DNA of 60,238 nt, filler included. It is 6 parts of 6 records of this genome, joined end to end, with 100 filler letters (N's around TTAATTAATTAA, not from the genome) between each part and the next. Parts side by side here need not be neighbours in the genome. Positions count along the whole stretch, not along the records: positions 47,488 to 60,238 come from DRR723986_6924; 5 more parts are not named here. One strand, 5' to 3'. A program made the translations under genes and the position numbers. Below, piece after piece: positions 49,059-59,068 of this stretch (its first letter is position 1; every line of letters starts with the position of its first letter). Below the pieces are notes generated by a model. The model ran no database searches. It had not been told where the DNA came from and worked only from the letters and a program-made list of their open reading frames with translations.

Positions 49059-49451
49059 TCACTCGATTGATACGTTTTGTGTATTAATGTATTTTTTGCC
49101 CGCTTCCATCGCGTTGCGCACGGCATCAGCAATTGGCAGGTCTCTGCATTTGGCAAGCTTGATTAGCATAGGGAGGTTCGCACCGTACAAGATACGGCGA
49201 TCAGCCGGCGAACATGCCTTTAGGCTGAGGTTTGAGGGGGATCCTCCAAACAAATCCGTAACCACGACAACACCCTGCCCGGCATCGACCTGATCAGCCG
49301 CCGCACAAATCTCTCGTTGCTTGAGGTCACGATCGTGTTCCGCTTCGATTGCGATGGCGATCAGCCCTACTTGTTGCCCGATGACATGCTGCATAGCCGC
49401 CAGATACTCTCTGGCTAATCCACCGTGCGCAACAATCACTATCCCGATCAA
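49059..49451 (-). CDS. PTS EIIA component, mannose/fructose family
   Basis: MIGIVIVAHG, TDLFGGSPSN, GANLPML. Confidence 0.93.
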   Translation of the reverse strand: MIGIVIVAHGGLAREYLAAMQHVIGQQVGLIAIAIEAEHDRDLKQREICAAADQVDAGQGVVVVTDLFGGSPSNLSLKACSPADRRILYGANLPMLIKLAKCRDLPIADAVRNAMEAGKKYINTQNVSIE

Positions 49452-50338
49452 ACTGGCCTCGCATCCTTTAAACGGCGCTCTATCACCCGGTGCCTAGTTG
49501 ACACCTGCTGACCATCAGCTGCAAGAGCCTTTGCCATCGTTTCAGCCAAAGTTACGGATCGATGTTGCCCGCCCGTGCACCCAAACCCTATTGAGAGGTG
49601 TGTTTTTCCTTCGGCTTTAAACCCAGGAATGAGAAGCTCGATCAAATCGAGAACCCGGGTAAAGAACGGCTGAAACTGAACATCTGACTTCACATACTCA
49701 GACACAGATTGATCTTTTCCGTTTAAATGGCGCAATGACGGAACCCAATGGGGGTTCGCTAGAAAGCGGCAATCAAACACCATGTCCAACCCTGGAGGGG
49801 TGCCCGTTTTATAAGAAAACGATTCAACCGAAATCGCCAAGGCACGCCCCTCACAGGGGGCAAACCACTTCTCGACTTCAGCCCGCAGCTGGTGGACATT
49901 CAAATCAGAGGTATCAATATAGAAGTCCGCACGATCCTTGATCGTTGTCAGCAAACCCTTTTCATGCGCGATACCTTCTTCGACACTGCGCGTGGCCGCC
50001 AAATGATGACGCCGTCTGGTTTCTGAGAAACGATGCAACAGAACATTGGCACTGCAATCCAAATATAAAGTATCGCACTCTATCTCTTGGTTTTGCTTTA
50101 GCTTGGAAACGAGCCCCAAGAACCCTTCTGTCGAAAAGTCCCGGTTTCTAGGATCCAACCCCAAGGCAATCGGACCATCCTTGGTTTCATTTTCTAGGAA
50201 ACTTGCCGACAGGCCCATCGGTAAATTGTCGATCGCTTCGAATTCGAGATCTTCTAGAATGTTTATTGCCGTTGATCGCCCAGCACCCGAAGGGCCAGTA
50301 ACCAAAACCACCTGCTTCTTCGTCATCGGTGCACCCAT
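49448..50338 (-). CDS. rapZ: RNase adapter RapZ / P-loop protein
   Basis: TGPSGAGRS, DNLP, SFSYK, FDCRFL.NP, GCTGGQHRS. Confidence 0.93.
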   Translation of the reverse strand: MGAPMTKKQVVLVTGPSGAGRSTAINILEDLEFEAIDNLPMGLSASFLENETKDGPIALGLDPRNRDFSTEGFLGLVSKLKQNQEIECDTLYLDCSANVLLHRFSETRRRHHLAATRSVEEGIAHEKGLLTTIKDRADFYIDTSDLNVHQLRAEVEKWFAPCEGRALAISVESFSYKTGTPPGLDMVFDCRFLANPHWVPSLRHLNGKDQSVSEYVKSDVQFQPFFTRVLDLIELLIPGFKAEGKTHLSIGFGCTGGQHRSVTLAETMAKALAADGQQVSTRHRVIERRLKDARPV

Positions 50339-50793
50339 TCCGAGCTTGCCAGCCCCCTCTTGAGAAATTGAATGATCGCTGCACCAAAATGTGGGGTGGC
50401 GACATTGTAAAACAAGGGAACGATCTGACTAAGAACCTGGACTTCGCGCCGTTCAGGCAAACGCTGTGTTTCTGTTCTGCTGAGGTCAATAACCGCAGCC
50501 AACGATGCGTCTGTTGCAAACGAAGCCCGAAGTATCCCCATCCCACGTGCTTCGATAAGGCCTTTAATGGTCTCAGGAGCGGAAACGGTTGTTCCGCCTC
50601 CGGCTGTCATCAAAACCACCCTGTCATCGGCAACCAAGTCTGCACCATAGGCCATCAATTGCATCGAAAGCTCTGATTTTCCTGACCCTGACGGCCCGAC
50701 AATAAGCACGGCTTGCCCTCTGATCGCGACACTGCTGGCATGAACCACTGCCCGATCCTGTCCGAGCACCGACGCTAAAGCTTTGAGGGTCAT
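50323..50793 (-). CDS. hprK: HPr kinase/phosphorylase, short alphaproteobacterial form
   Basis: [24 protein letters not shown]. Confidence 0.9.
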   Translation of the reverse strand: MTLKALASVLGQDRAVVHASSVAIRGQAVLIVGPSGSGKSELSMQLMAYGADLVADDRVVLMTAGGGTTVSAPETIKGLIEARGMGILRASFATDASLAAVIDLSRTETQRLPERREVQVLSQIVPLFYNVATPHFGAAIIQFLKRGLASSEWVHR

Positions 50794-50800
50794 CTATACT

Positions 50801-52510
50801 TTACACCGGCAAACCAACAACAAATCGTGCACCGAGGGGATCGGACGTGATATCCGCTTCGGTTGGACGAATGTTTTCGGCCCAAACCACACCACCATGC
50901 GCCTCAACAATCTGCTTAGAAATCGCCAGACCCAGACCCGAATTATTACCAAAATGTTCTTCGGGTCGTTGTGAATAGAACCGCTTGAAGATCTTTTTAA
51001 GCGCCTCTTCGGGAATACCAGGCCCGGTATCCTCTACAACAACCAACACCCGATTGGACCGCCGACGTGCCCAGACCCGGATGGCATCCCCGTCTTCGCA
51101 GAACGAAACCGCGTTTGTTATGAGATTAACAAAAACCTGCGCCAGCCTCGCTTCGAGACCGTGAATAACAATCGGATCGGGCGGTAAGTCCGCGATATAA
51201 TCGATCCCCTTGTTGCGGGCATCTTCACCCAAATACTGGTTCAGGTTCCCGAGCATGTTCAGAAGATCAAAGCTTTCCTCTTCTTCTTTGACCAGCTCTG
51301 CGTCCAGTCGCGATGCATTAGAGATGTCACTGACAAGCCGGTCCAGACGTCGCACGTCATGCTCAATGACGTCCATCAGCTTATTGCGCTGATCATCTCT
51401 TTTGATCATGCGCAGCGTACCGACGGCGGATTGCAAGCTCGCAAGCGGGTTTTTGATTTCATGCGCAACGTCGGCCGCAAACTGTTCGTTGCCGTCGATC
51501 CGATTATACAGCGCAGACACCATCCCGCGCAGCGCACGGCTCAGGCGACCGATTTCATCAGGCCGTGCGGTCAAATCTGGGATTCGAATACGCCCGGGGT
51601 TCACACGACGCGTGTGGCGATCACGGCCAAGTTCCGCAGCCTCAGCCAAGTCAGCCAAAGGGTTGGCAATCGTTGATGCAAGCACAAGGCTCAGCCCAAC
51701 TGACACCAACAATGCGACAACAAAGACTTGCAGAACGCTTTCACGTTCGCGGCGCGCCAGTGAATCGATTTCTCCTGCGGGGCTGGCCATCGCCACAACC
51801 CCGATTGGATTCCCATTCTGCAAGATCGGAGTTGCCGCCGCAAAGATAGTCCCCCCCGTCGAATCCACAACGGTTTCGACACGCGCACCACCTGCCAAGG
51901 CAGCGGGCACAAGTACTTTTACTTGCTGCTCTAGAACCGGTGACACAACAGTAGAGGGCGTGGAGAACACAGAAGATACTGCCGACCACATCGCCGTTAG
52001 ACCGTCGCTAATGACCGTTTTGCCACCATCGCTGCCCTCAAGCGCAGCAATCGCATCATTTTGCTCGCGCCCTTTGACCTGACCGATCAGGTTCTCAGCG
52101 CCATCAAAAACAAAAACCTCGACACCGGATCGAAGGCTGAGCCCATCCAGAGTTTCAGTTACGTCGATGCCATCCCCAGTTGCTAGATTAACCGGGGTAC
52201 CTGACGACAACTGCGCCTCAAACACATCGGCAACCAGTTGCGATTCACCAACCAATGCCCCCGCCCGTTGCAGAACAAGTCCGTCGCGCGAGTCATTGAG
52301 ATACAGAATCCCAGATACCAAGATCACCAAAGCAATCAGGTTAAAGGTCACGATCTTGCGGGTCAGCGGAGAGCCCCGCAAGGAAAACAGGCTACGGCGC
52401 GCACGCTTAACCCGCAGCTCCTGCGACACGGTGCTTTGGGGGGCGACCCAATCGTCGCCCAGCACCACATCGCCGCTCCGATCAGTCTGAGATGTACCGG
52501 TATCGCGCAC
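50801..52510 (-). CDS. chvG: Sensor histidine kinase ChvG
   Basis: SPLTRKI, HAMP, DVAHEIKNPL, DTGPG, NSGLGL; context. Confidence 0.93.
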   Translation of the reverse strand: MRDTGTSQTDRSGDVVLGDDWVAPQSTVSQELRVKRARRSLFSLRGSPLTRKIVTFNLIALVILVSGILYLNDSRDGLVLQRAGALVGESQLVADVFEAQLSSGTPVNLATGDGIDVTETLDGLSLRSGVEVFVFDGAENLIGQVKGREQNDAIAALEGSDGGKTVISDGLTAMWSAVSSVFSTPSTVVSPVLEQQVKVLVPAALAGGARVETVVDSTGGTIFAAATPILQNGNPIGVVAMASPAGEIDSLARRERESVLQVFVVALLVSVGLSLVLASTIANPLADLAEAAELGRDRHTRRVNPGRIRIPDLTARPDEIGRLSRALRGMVSALYNRIDGNEQFAADVAHEIKNPLASLQSAVGTLRMIKRDDQRNKLMDVIEHDVRRLDRLVSDISNASRLDAELVKEEEESFDLLNMLGNLNQYLGEDARNKGIDYIADLPPDPIVIHGLEARLAQVFVNLITNAVSFCEDGDAIRVWARRRSNRVLVVVEDTGPGIPEEALKKIFKRFYSQRPEEHFGNNSGLGLAISKQIVEAHGGVVWAENIRPTEADITSDPLGARFVVGLPV

Positions 52511-52543
52511 GAAAGCCTCTTTTCGACTGCCTAAAATGGCAGA

Positions 52544-53251
52544 TTACTCCTCGTTATACCTATACCCGATCCCATACAGCGTCTCAATCGCTGCGAAATC
52601 CGGATCTGCACTGCGCATTTTTTTACGAAGCCGCTTGATGTGGCTGTCGATGGTCCGATCATCAACATAAACTTGATCATCATAGGCCACATCCATCAGC
52701 TGATCCCGGCTTTTTACAAACCCCGGACGCTGTGCCAGCGCTTGCAGCAGCAGAAATTCGGTCACGGTCAACGAGACATCTTTGCCTCTCCAACTGACGG
52801 CATGACGCAGCGGATCCATGCGCAAATCCCCGCGCTCCATCACCTTGGTTTCGCCGCCAGTGGTTGTACCGGCCTCGTCCCCGGCGATCGCATCCTGACG
52901 TCGCAACAACGCGCGAATGCGCTCAACAAGCAGACGCTGCGAGAACGGTTTCTTCACATAATCGTCTGCGCCCATCCGAAGACCAAGCACTTCGTCGATT
53001 TCATCATCCTTTGAAGTCAGGAAGATAACCGGCATCTGTGTTTTCTGGCGCAGACGCTGCAACAGGTCCATTCCATCCATTCGCGGCATCTTGATGTCCA
53101 ACACTGCCATATCGGGCAGCTTTTTGTTGAATGCGTCAAGCGCGGCCTGTCCATCATTATACGTTTCGACCTCAAAACCTTCGGCTTCGAGAGTCATGGA
53201 AACCGACGTCAGGATATTCCTGTCGTCGTCCACCAAAGCAATCTTTGACAT
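52544..53251 (-). CDS. chvI: Response regulator ChvI
   Basis: [33 protein letters not shown]. Confidence 0.96.
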   Translation of the reverse strand: MSKIALVDDDRNILTSVSMTLEAEGFEVETYNDGQAALDAFNKKLPDMAVLDIKMPRMDGMDLLQRLRQKTQMPVIFLTSKDDEIDEVLGLRMGADDYVKKPFSQRLLVERIRALLRRQDAIAGDEAGTTTGGETKVMERGDLRMDPLRHAVSWRGKDVSLTVTEFLLLQALAQRPGFVKSRDQLMDVAYDDQVYVDDRTIDSHIKRLRKKMRSADPDFAAIETLYGIGYRYNEE

Positions 53252-53421
53252 ATGAATGCCCCTATGCTGCTCATTATTGCCTTATTTTTTTCTTATTCAT
53301 CGCTGCTTTCCCCCCGCGAATCAATCGATAACTACGTCCCCGCGGTCCATTTCCTCTGATTAGAGGCAAAAATGCCTTACCGATGGTTAATTCGTAGCCG
53401 ATAGGAACCGCTGGATTTTGA

Positions 53422-53456
53422 TGGTTGCGCTAAACATCGCCTTGGTTGCGCTAACT
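53422..53456. promoter_or_regulatory. Tandem LacI-type (CceR-like) operator sites upstream of pckA
   Basis: TGGTTGCGCTAA repeated at 53422 and 53443 (21-bp period), each close to TGTTAGCGCTAACA. Confidence 0.6.
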
Positions 53457-53590
53457 GCGTTAAAGCGTCCTGTTCACGCCCCAAATCGTCATGCTAAGAC
53501 CCGCCTCAACCGACAATTAGTCGGCTCAACGCCCCCCCACGGCAACGGGCGCCTCAATGGCACTCAACGCCGCCACAGGAGAAGACACAC

Positions 53591-55189
53591 ATGACATCTG
53601 GACGGGTTAACCCGCAATTCCGCCTCGAAGATCAGGGCATCGAGGGTCTGGGCAATGTCTATTACAACTTTATGGAACCGGCGCTGATCGAAGCCGCGCT
53701 CAAGCGGAACGAAGGCACGCTCGGCAACGGCGGCGCGTTTCTGGTTACCACCGGCAAATTCACTGGCCGATCGCCCAAAGACAAACACGTCGTCAAAACT
53801 GACAGCGTGAAAGACACCATCTGGTGGGAAAACAACGCTGAGATGAGCCCCGAAGGGTTCGACGCGCTTCATGCCGACATGCTCGAGCATATGAAGGGTG
53901 GCGACTACTTCGTTCAGGATCTCGTAGGCGGTTCCGACCCTGCGCATTCTATCAACGTGCGCATGGTGACCGAGCTGGCATGGCACAACCTGTTTATCCG
54001 CCACCTGCTGCGTCGCCCTGCGCGCGACGAGCTGAACGAGTTCATCGCGGATTTCACCGTGATCAACTGCCCCAGCTTCCAAGCGGACCCGGCGAAACAC
54101 AACTGCCGCTCTGAAACTGTAATTGCGATGAACTTTGACAAAAAGATCATCTTGATTGGTGGCACAGAGTATGCGGGCGAAAACAAAAAATCCGTCTTCT
54201 CGCTGTTGAACTACTTGCTGCCCGAAAAAGGCATCATGCCAATGCACTGCTCGGCAAACCACGCACACGGCAACCCCGTTGATTCGGCTGTGTTCTTTGG
54301 CCTTTCCGGCACCGGTAAAACCACCCTGTCCGCAGACCCGTCGCGCACATTGATCGGCGATGACGAGCACGGTTGGTCAGACCAAGGCACTTTTAACTTC
54401 GAAGGAGGTTGCTACGCCAAGACCATCAACCTCAACGCCGAAGCTGAACCCGAAATCTACGCGACCACGTCCAAATTCGGAACCGTGATCGAAAACATGG
54501 TTTTCGACGAAGAAACCAAAGAGTTGGATTTCGACGACGATTCCCTGACTGCCAACATGCGCTGTGCCTATCCACTCGAGTATATCTCGAACGCGTCGGC
54601 ATCGGCTCGTGGCGGCCACCCAAAAAACATCATCATGCTGACCTGTGACGCGTTTGGTGTTCTGCCTCCAATCGCGCGTCTGACACCTGCTCAGGCGATG
54701 TATCACTTCTTGTCTGGCTTCACGTCTAAAGTGGCCGGAACAGAGCGCGGTGTAACAGAGCCACAGCCGACCTTTTCGACCTGCTTTGGCGCCCCCTTCA
54801 TGCCGCGTCGCCCCGAAGTTTATGGCAACCTGTTGCGCGACAAGATTGCCCAGCACGGTGCGACTTGCTGGTTGGTAAACACCGGCTGGACTGGTGGGGC
54901 CTATGGCGTTGGATCGCGAATGCCAATCCGTGCAACCCGCGCCTTGCTCACTGCCGCGCTTGACGGTTCCTTGGCCGACGCTGAGTTCCGCAAAGACTCC
55001 AACTTTGGTTTTGATGTTCCCGTCTCTGTCCCTGGTGTTGCCGAAGTCCTGCTGGACCCGCGCCGCACATGGGATGATCAGGAAGCCTTTGACAAGCAAG
55101 CGGCTAAATTGGTTCAAATGTTCTCGGACAACTTCGAACAATATATCCCATATATTGATGAAGATGTGAAAGCCGTCGCCATCGGTTAA
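53591..55189 (+). CDS. pckA: Phosphoenolpyruvate carboxykinase (ATP)
   Basis: [38 protein letters not shown]. Confidence 0.98.
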   Translation: MTSGRVNPQFRLEDQGIEGLGNVYYNFMEPALIEAALKRNEGTLGNGGAFLVTTGKFTGRSPKDKHVVKTDSVKDTIWWENNAEMSPEGFDALHADMLEHMKGGDYFVQDLVGGSDPAHSINVRMVTELAWHNLFIRHLLRRPARDELNEFIADFTVINCPSFQADPAKHNCRSETVIAMNFDKKIILIGGTEYAGENKKSVFSLLNYLLPEKGIMPMHCSANHAHGNPVDSAVFFGLSGTGKTTLSADPSRTLIGDDEHGWSDQGTFNFEGGCYAKTINLNAEAEPEIYATTSKFGTVIENMVFDEETKELDFDDDSLTANMRCAYPLEYISNASASARGGHPKNIIMLTCDAFGVLPPIARLTPAQAMYHFLSGFTSKVAGTERGVTEPQPTFSTCFGAPFMPRRPEVYGNLLRDKIAQHGATCWLVNTGWTGGAYGVGSRMPIRATRALLTAALDGSLADAEFRKDSNFGFDVPVSVPGVAEVLLDPRRTWDDQEAFDKQAAKLVQMFSDNFEQYIPYIDEDVKAVAIG

Positions 55190-55230
55190 GCCGAACCTTA
55201 CAAATGCGGGGCCCCAATGCCCCCTCCTTT

Positions 55231-55261
55231 AAGCCCGTTGCAAAATTGCAGCGGGCTTTTT
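55231..55261 (+). terminator. Intrinsic terminator after pckA
   Basis: AAGCCCGTTGCAA-aa-TTGCAGCGGGCTTTTT. Confidence 0.8.
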
Positions 55262-55419
55262 GATACCCGAAATGGCCCAGCTTTCTACGTCAAATGGTCG
55301 GGTGATCAGCGGACAATTGAAGAATTTATGTAACATAAATAGGTATTTGCCTGCATTTCAGAAACACCCCGACCAAAAGCATTTGATGGGGAATGCAGAA
55401 TAAGATATGTATGACGCCA

Positions 55420-55509
55420 CAAAGAATAGGTTCGACGCTATTTAGCGTCGAACCCGATCGATGAAAATGCTAGCAGCTACCACCACTCACTCAAGGGCAG
55501 CCTGAATAT
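55420..55509 (-). ncRNA. Candidate ~90-nt small RNA
   Basis: Minus-strand promoter TTGACA-N16-TAAAGT (55543-55516) and 12-bp hairpin 55429-55454 followed by TATTCTTT; no convincing ORF. Confidence 0.5.
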
Positions 55510-55515
55510 CCTATA

Positions 55516-55552
55516 ACTTTATAATCTTGCTCGCATGTGTCAACATGAGACA
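55516..55552 (-). promoter_or_regulatory. Sigma70-type promoter with overlapping imperfect palindrome
   Basis: -35 TTGACA 55538-55543 and -10 TAAAGT 55516-55521; TGTC-aacatga-GACA 55538-55552; plus-strand TATAAT at 55520-55525. Confidence 0.6.
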
Positions 55553-55630
55553 AAATAGGGCGCTGTGGTTTTTCGACCCAGCACGAAGGCAGCCACCTTT
55601 GGCAACACTCAGCTTGGGCAAATAGCAATA

Positions 55631-55924
55631 ATGATAGAAATATCCAAATTAGCAGAACTCAGAAAACTCATGATGAGCATGGAGCGGTCTCTGGGCTTGC
55701 AAGACCTCTCAGCAGTTGAGCGTGATATTTATTACGCGGCGAGCGAGCTTTCGCAAGAAGGTCGCGATGTACGCACCGTCGGCTTAATTGAACATTCGTT
55801 GCTCGAGAGCGTTTCGCGGCCAACCTTTTTCCGGGCGCTGAAATCTCTTGTGACCAAAGGGTATCTGTCCCAATGTCATTCGGTCAATCGAGGGCGCTAT
55901 CTCGTTAATGAGCCACACGCTTAA
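55631..55924 (+). CDS. Small winged-helix DNA-binding protein
   Basis: LSAVERDIY, VSRPTFFRALKSLVTKGYL, RGRY wing; ATG at 55631. Confidence 0.78.
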   Translation: MIEISKLAELRKLMMSMERSLGLQDLSAVERDIYYAASELSQEGRDVRTVGLIEHSLLESVSRPTFFRALKSLVTKGYLSQCHSVNRGRYLVNEPHA

Positions 55925-55954
55925 CAGAGGCGTTCGCCAGCCGCGGTACCATTT

Positions 55955-56497
55955 TTGCGATCAGTCATCCTTGAAACCCTAGTTGCTTCGGCTGCCTACC
56001 TGCTGGCGTTTTTGATAACGTTCGAAGTAGTCATGCCGCTGCAAAATGCCTTTTTCCCAGAATATCCGAGCCACGCCAGCTTGCTGTTTCTTCCCCATGG
56101 CATTCGCGTTTTGACCGCTTGGTTGCTGGGGTGGCGGGCGATCTATGCCCTGCTTCCTGCAGTTTTCTTGGTTTTTGTGTATTTGGGCGGAATGGATGCC
56201 TTTTTGCCCAGCCGATTGGCTGCGATTGCCATTGCTGTCACCACTGTTCCACTGACTTTCTACGCGCTAAAAGCCCTGGGTTGGGATCTGTTTCCCAGAC
56301 CTGACACCGCGCCATGTTGGCCCTGTGTGATGGCGGTTGGAATCATCACCTCGCTTATGATTTCCGGGCTTACAAACCTCGCCTTTGGCAGCGCGACTGT
56401 CGAATATTTCGCCTATCTTATCGGGGATGTCGCAGGTTTATTCTTTCTCATGCTGGGCCTCCTGCTTATCTTCCGGGTAACGCGCCGCCGAGCCTGA
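55955..56497 (+). CDS. Stand-alone MASE1-like membrane protein
   Basis: SLLFLPHGIR, five TMs, YLIGDVAG; TTG start uncertain. Confidence 0.7.
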   Translation: MRSVILETLVASAAYLLAFLITFEVVMPLQNAFFPEYPSHASLLFLPHGIRVLTAWLLGWRAIYALLPAVFLVFVYLGGMDAFLPSRLAAIAIAVTTVPLTFYALKALGWDLFPRPDTAPCWPCVMAVGIITSLMISGLTNLAFGSATVEYFAYLIGDVAGLFFLMLGLLLIFRVTRRRA

Positions 56498-56615
56498 GGC
56501 CTTTTTGATTTCTCAAATGTGTTTTTTAAGTTTCGGCAAAGTCACCCGGCCCCTTGAGCGGACTGAAATCAATCGTGTCTAGTCGGGTGAAACACCGACT
56601 AGAGATTGGGCCTTT

Positions 56616-58133
56616 ATGACATCATCACCACGCCCCGCCCGTTCTGGCCGCAAGAGTCGCCTTGCTCAGCGCGCCGCACCGCCAAAGGTTCATCCCTGCC
56701 CCCCCGGCCAAGCCGGAGGACGTTACAAACCCTTGAGCGATTCAGAATTGCACGCGATCTACGAAACCGCGCTGCGGCTGCTCGCAGAGCTTGGGATGGG
56801 AGAGACCCCCGAACGCTTGGTTGGGCCACTTTTGCAAGCTGGTGCCACGGAACAAAATGGCCGGTTGCTGTTTTCCGAAGAAATGGTGTGCTCAGCGCTC
56901 GCCGCGGCCCCCAAGACATTTGTCCTGCACGGGCGCGACCCCGCCCGAGATATCGAAGTTGGCGGAAACCGGGTCTTTTTCGGCACCGGTGGTGCAGCGG
57001 TTCAGACGCTCGACATTGACACCGGTCAATACCGACCATCGACCCTTATGGACCTACGTGATTTCACCAGATTGCAAGACAAGTTGACCAACGTCAGCTG
57101 GTTTACCCGATGCTGCATCGCAACAGATGTGCCGGACAATTTTGATCTGGACACAAACACGGCCTACACCCTTCTGCGACATACAACCAAGCCGACGGCA
57201 ACGGCTTTTACCTTGGCCGAACACGTTTCACCAATTGTCCAAATGCTTGATGTCGCAGCAGGAGGGAACGGTGCCTTTGCACAGCGCCCCTTTATGAAGG
57301 CGCACATCTCTCCGGTGATTTCGCCAATGCGCTATGCAGAAGATGCCGTAGACGTTGTTTTTGAATGCTTAAGGCACAATATCCCGGTGTCCTGCATCAC
57401 GGCCGCACAAGCAGGCGCAACGGCCCCGGCCACATTGGCGGGCTTTCTGGCCCAATCCTTGGCGGAAACGCTGGCCAGCCTGATCATGGTGCAGGTTCTC
57501 AAGCCTGGTCACCCCATGGTCTTTTCCAACTGGCCGCTGGTCATTGATTTACGCACCGGGGCTTTTGCCGGTGGGGGCGGTGAAATCGCTGTTCTCAATG
57601 CAGCCTCCGCTCAACTTTCCAATTGGCTTGGCCTGCCGTCTGGTGTTGCCGCTTCGATGACGGACGCCAAAGCGTTGGATGCGCAGTATGGGGCTGAAAA
57701 GGCCATGACATCCCTTGCCGCAGCTCTGGCTGGTGGGAATTTGATCTATGAAAGTTCCGGCATGACTGCATCCCTGCTCGGGGTTAGTTTTGAGGGGTTT
57801 GTGCTGGACGATGAAATGCACGCCCACACCTACAGGGCTCTGCGCGGTGTCGAGGTGACCCCGGAAAACCTTGGGTTCGATGCGATCTGTGACGCGGTTT
57901 TGGGCGAAGGTCATTTTCTAGGCGGCGCGCATACCCTTTCCGCCATGGAGCGCGACTATTTCTACCCCTCTTTGGCGGATCGCGATTCACCAAAGGTGTG
58001 GCATGACAAGGGCGCACCTGATGCTTGGTCCATAGCCCGAGACAAGGCACGCCTGATTCTTAAGGAGCACCATCCGGTTTACCTGTCCGACGAACAGGAC
58101 AAAGCCATTCGCGATATACTTCCGCTTTTGTGA
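56616..58133 (+). CDS. Non-pyrrolysine trimethylamine methyltransferase (MttB) family protein
   Basis: AGATAPATLAG, DLRTG, MTDAK, GGNLIYESSG, GHFLG; no in-frame TAG. Confidence 0.92.
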   Translation: MTSSPRPARSGRKSRLAQRAAPPKVHPCPPGQAGGRYKPLSDSELHAIYETALRLLAELGMGETPERLVGPLLQAGATEQNGRLLFSEEMVCSALAAAPKTFVLHGRDPARDIEVGGNRVFFGTGGAAVQTLDIDTGQYRPSTLMDLRDFTRLQDKLTNVSWFTRCCIATDVPDNFDLDTNTAYTLLRHTTKPTATAFTLAEHVSPIVQMLDVAAGGNGAFAQRPFMKAHISPVISPMRYAEDAVDVVFECLRHNIPVSCITAAQAGATAPATLAGFLAQSLAETLASLIMVQVLKPGHPMVFSNWPLVIDLRTGAFAGGGGEIAVLNAASAQLSNWLGLPSGVAASMTDAKALDAQYGAEKAMTSLAAALAGGNLIYESSGMTASLLGVSFEGFVLDDEMHAHTYRALRGVEVTPENLGFDAICDAVLGEGHFLGGAHTLSAMERDYFYPSLADRDSPKVWHDKGAPDAWSIARDKARLILKEHHPVYLSDEQDKAIRDILPLL

Positions 58134-58157
58134 AGAAGTGCGTCGGCCTCTGCACCA

Positions 58158-58925
58158 CTACCCCAGCAGAGCTCGGCGCAAAAGGTTCAGCCCAGCGATC
58201 AACAACACCACTAAGGTCAGTTTTCGAAACGTCGCTTGATCGATTCGATCTTGGAACAGCCCCCCAAGCCACATGCCTACTGTCGCAGGCAGCACCAACA
58301 GAAGTGAGAAAGGCAGGGTCTCCGCGCGCAGAACCCCCGATCCAATATGCGCGACAGCAAGCGCCACTGCCCCCAACCCATAGATCACGCCCTGAACGCG
58401 CATCTGGTCCTGCTTAGGGGTATCCAGGGCAGTCAAATATGCGACAGTTGGCGGACCCCAAACCCCTGACATCCCCCCAATGCATCCCGCTATCGCGCCA
58501 ATACCAGCATCCAACCGTGCGGACTGCTGATGCACCCTGAAACGAATTCCCAACAGTTGCATCACAACAAATACAACAACCGGAATCGCGATCATCAGCA
58601 TGAACGTATTTGGCTGAACGCGCGTCACCAACTGAGCACTGGAGAGCAGAAAAACCAATCCAACCAGCAAGAAAACCCTGAACCTCAAAACCGAAGAAAT
58701 TGCCGCTGCTCGTCCAGATCGCAGCGCCTGCATCCCATTTGCCACCACTGTCGGGACAATAAGTCCAGCAAGGGCCCAATCCGGAGGCACGATCATGGTC
58801 AGGCCTGCGATCAAAATCATAGGCATGGCAAATCCGACCAACCCCTTGATCAAACCCGCCAGGGTGGCAATCGCAAATATCAGCGCTAATTCTGCCGGAG
58901 TGATGATCGAAAAAATTGAGGTCAT
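58158..58925 (-). CDS. TauE/SafE family exporter
   Basis: AGLIKGLVGF, GGMSGVWGPP, GMWLG...ID. Confidence 0.88.
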   Translation of the reverse strand: MTSIFSIITPAELALIFAIATLAGLIKGLVGFAMPMILIAGLTMIVPPDWALAGLIVPTVVANGMQALRSGRAAAISSVLRFRVFLLVGLVFLLSSAQLVTRVQPNTFMLMIAIPVVVFVVMQLLGIRFRVHQQSARLDAGIGAIAGCIGGMSGVWGPPTVAYLTALDTPKQDQMRVQGVIYGLGAVALAVAHIGSGVLRAETLPFSLLLVLPATVGMWLGGLFQDRIDQATFRKLTLVVLLIAGLNLLRRALLG

Positions 58926-58953
58926 CCCTCTCTCATACACCCCTCGCTCATGC

Positions 58954-59030
58954 TGCACCGCAAAAAAATGTCACGTAATTTTAGAACCAAACGCAAGCCC
59001 CTAACGTATTTATGTTGCGCTGCACGTGCA
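58954..59030. promoter_or_regulatory. Putative PhaR-type boxes upstream of mcd
   Basis: TGCACCGCA 58954-58962, TGCGCTGCA 59016-59024, palindrome TGCACGTGCA 59021-59030. Confidence 0.5.
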
Positions 59031-59068
59031 AAGTGATATGACCAAGCGACCCAAGAAGGATGTGATTC

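Noticed and set aside
55443-55490. 14-codon GTG-started minus-strand ORF (VVVAASIFIDRVRR) in the candidate sRNA
   Set aside because: No clear SD and it runs into the terminator stem. Non-coding is preferred, though not proven.
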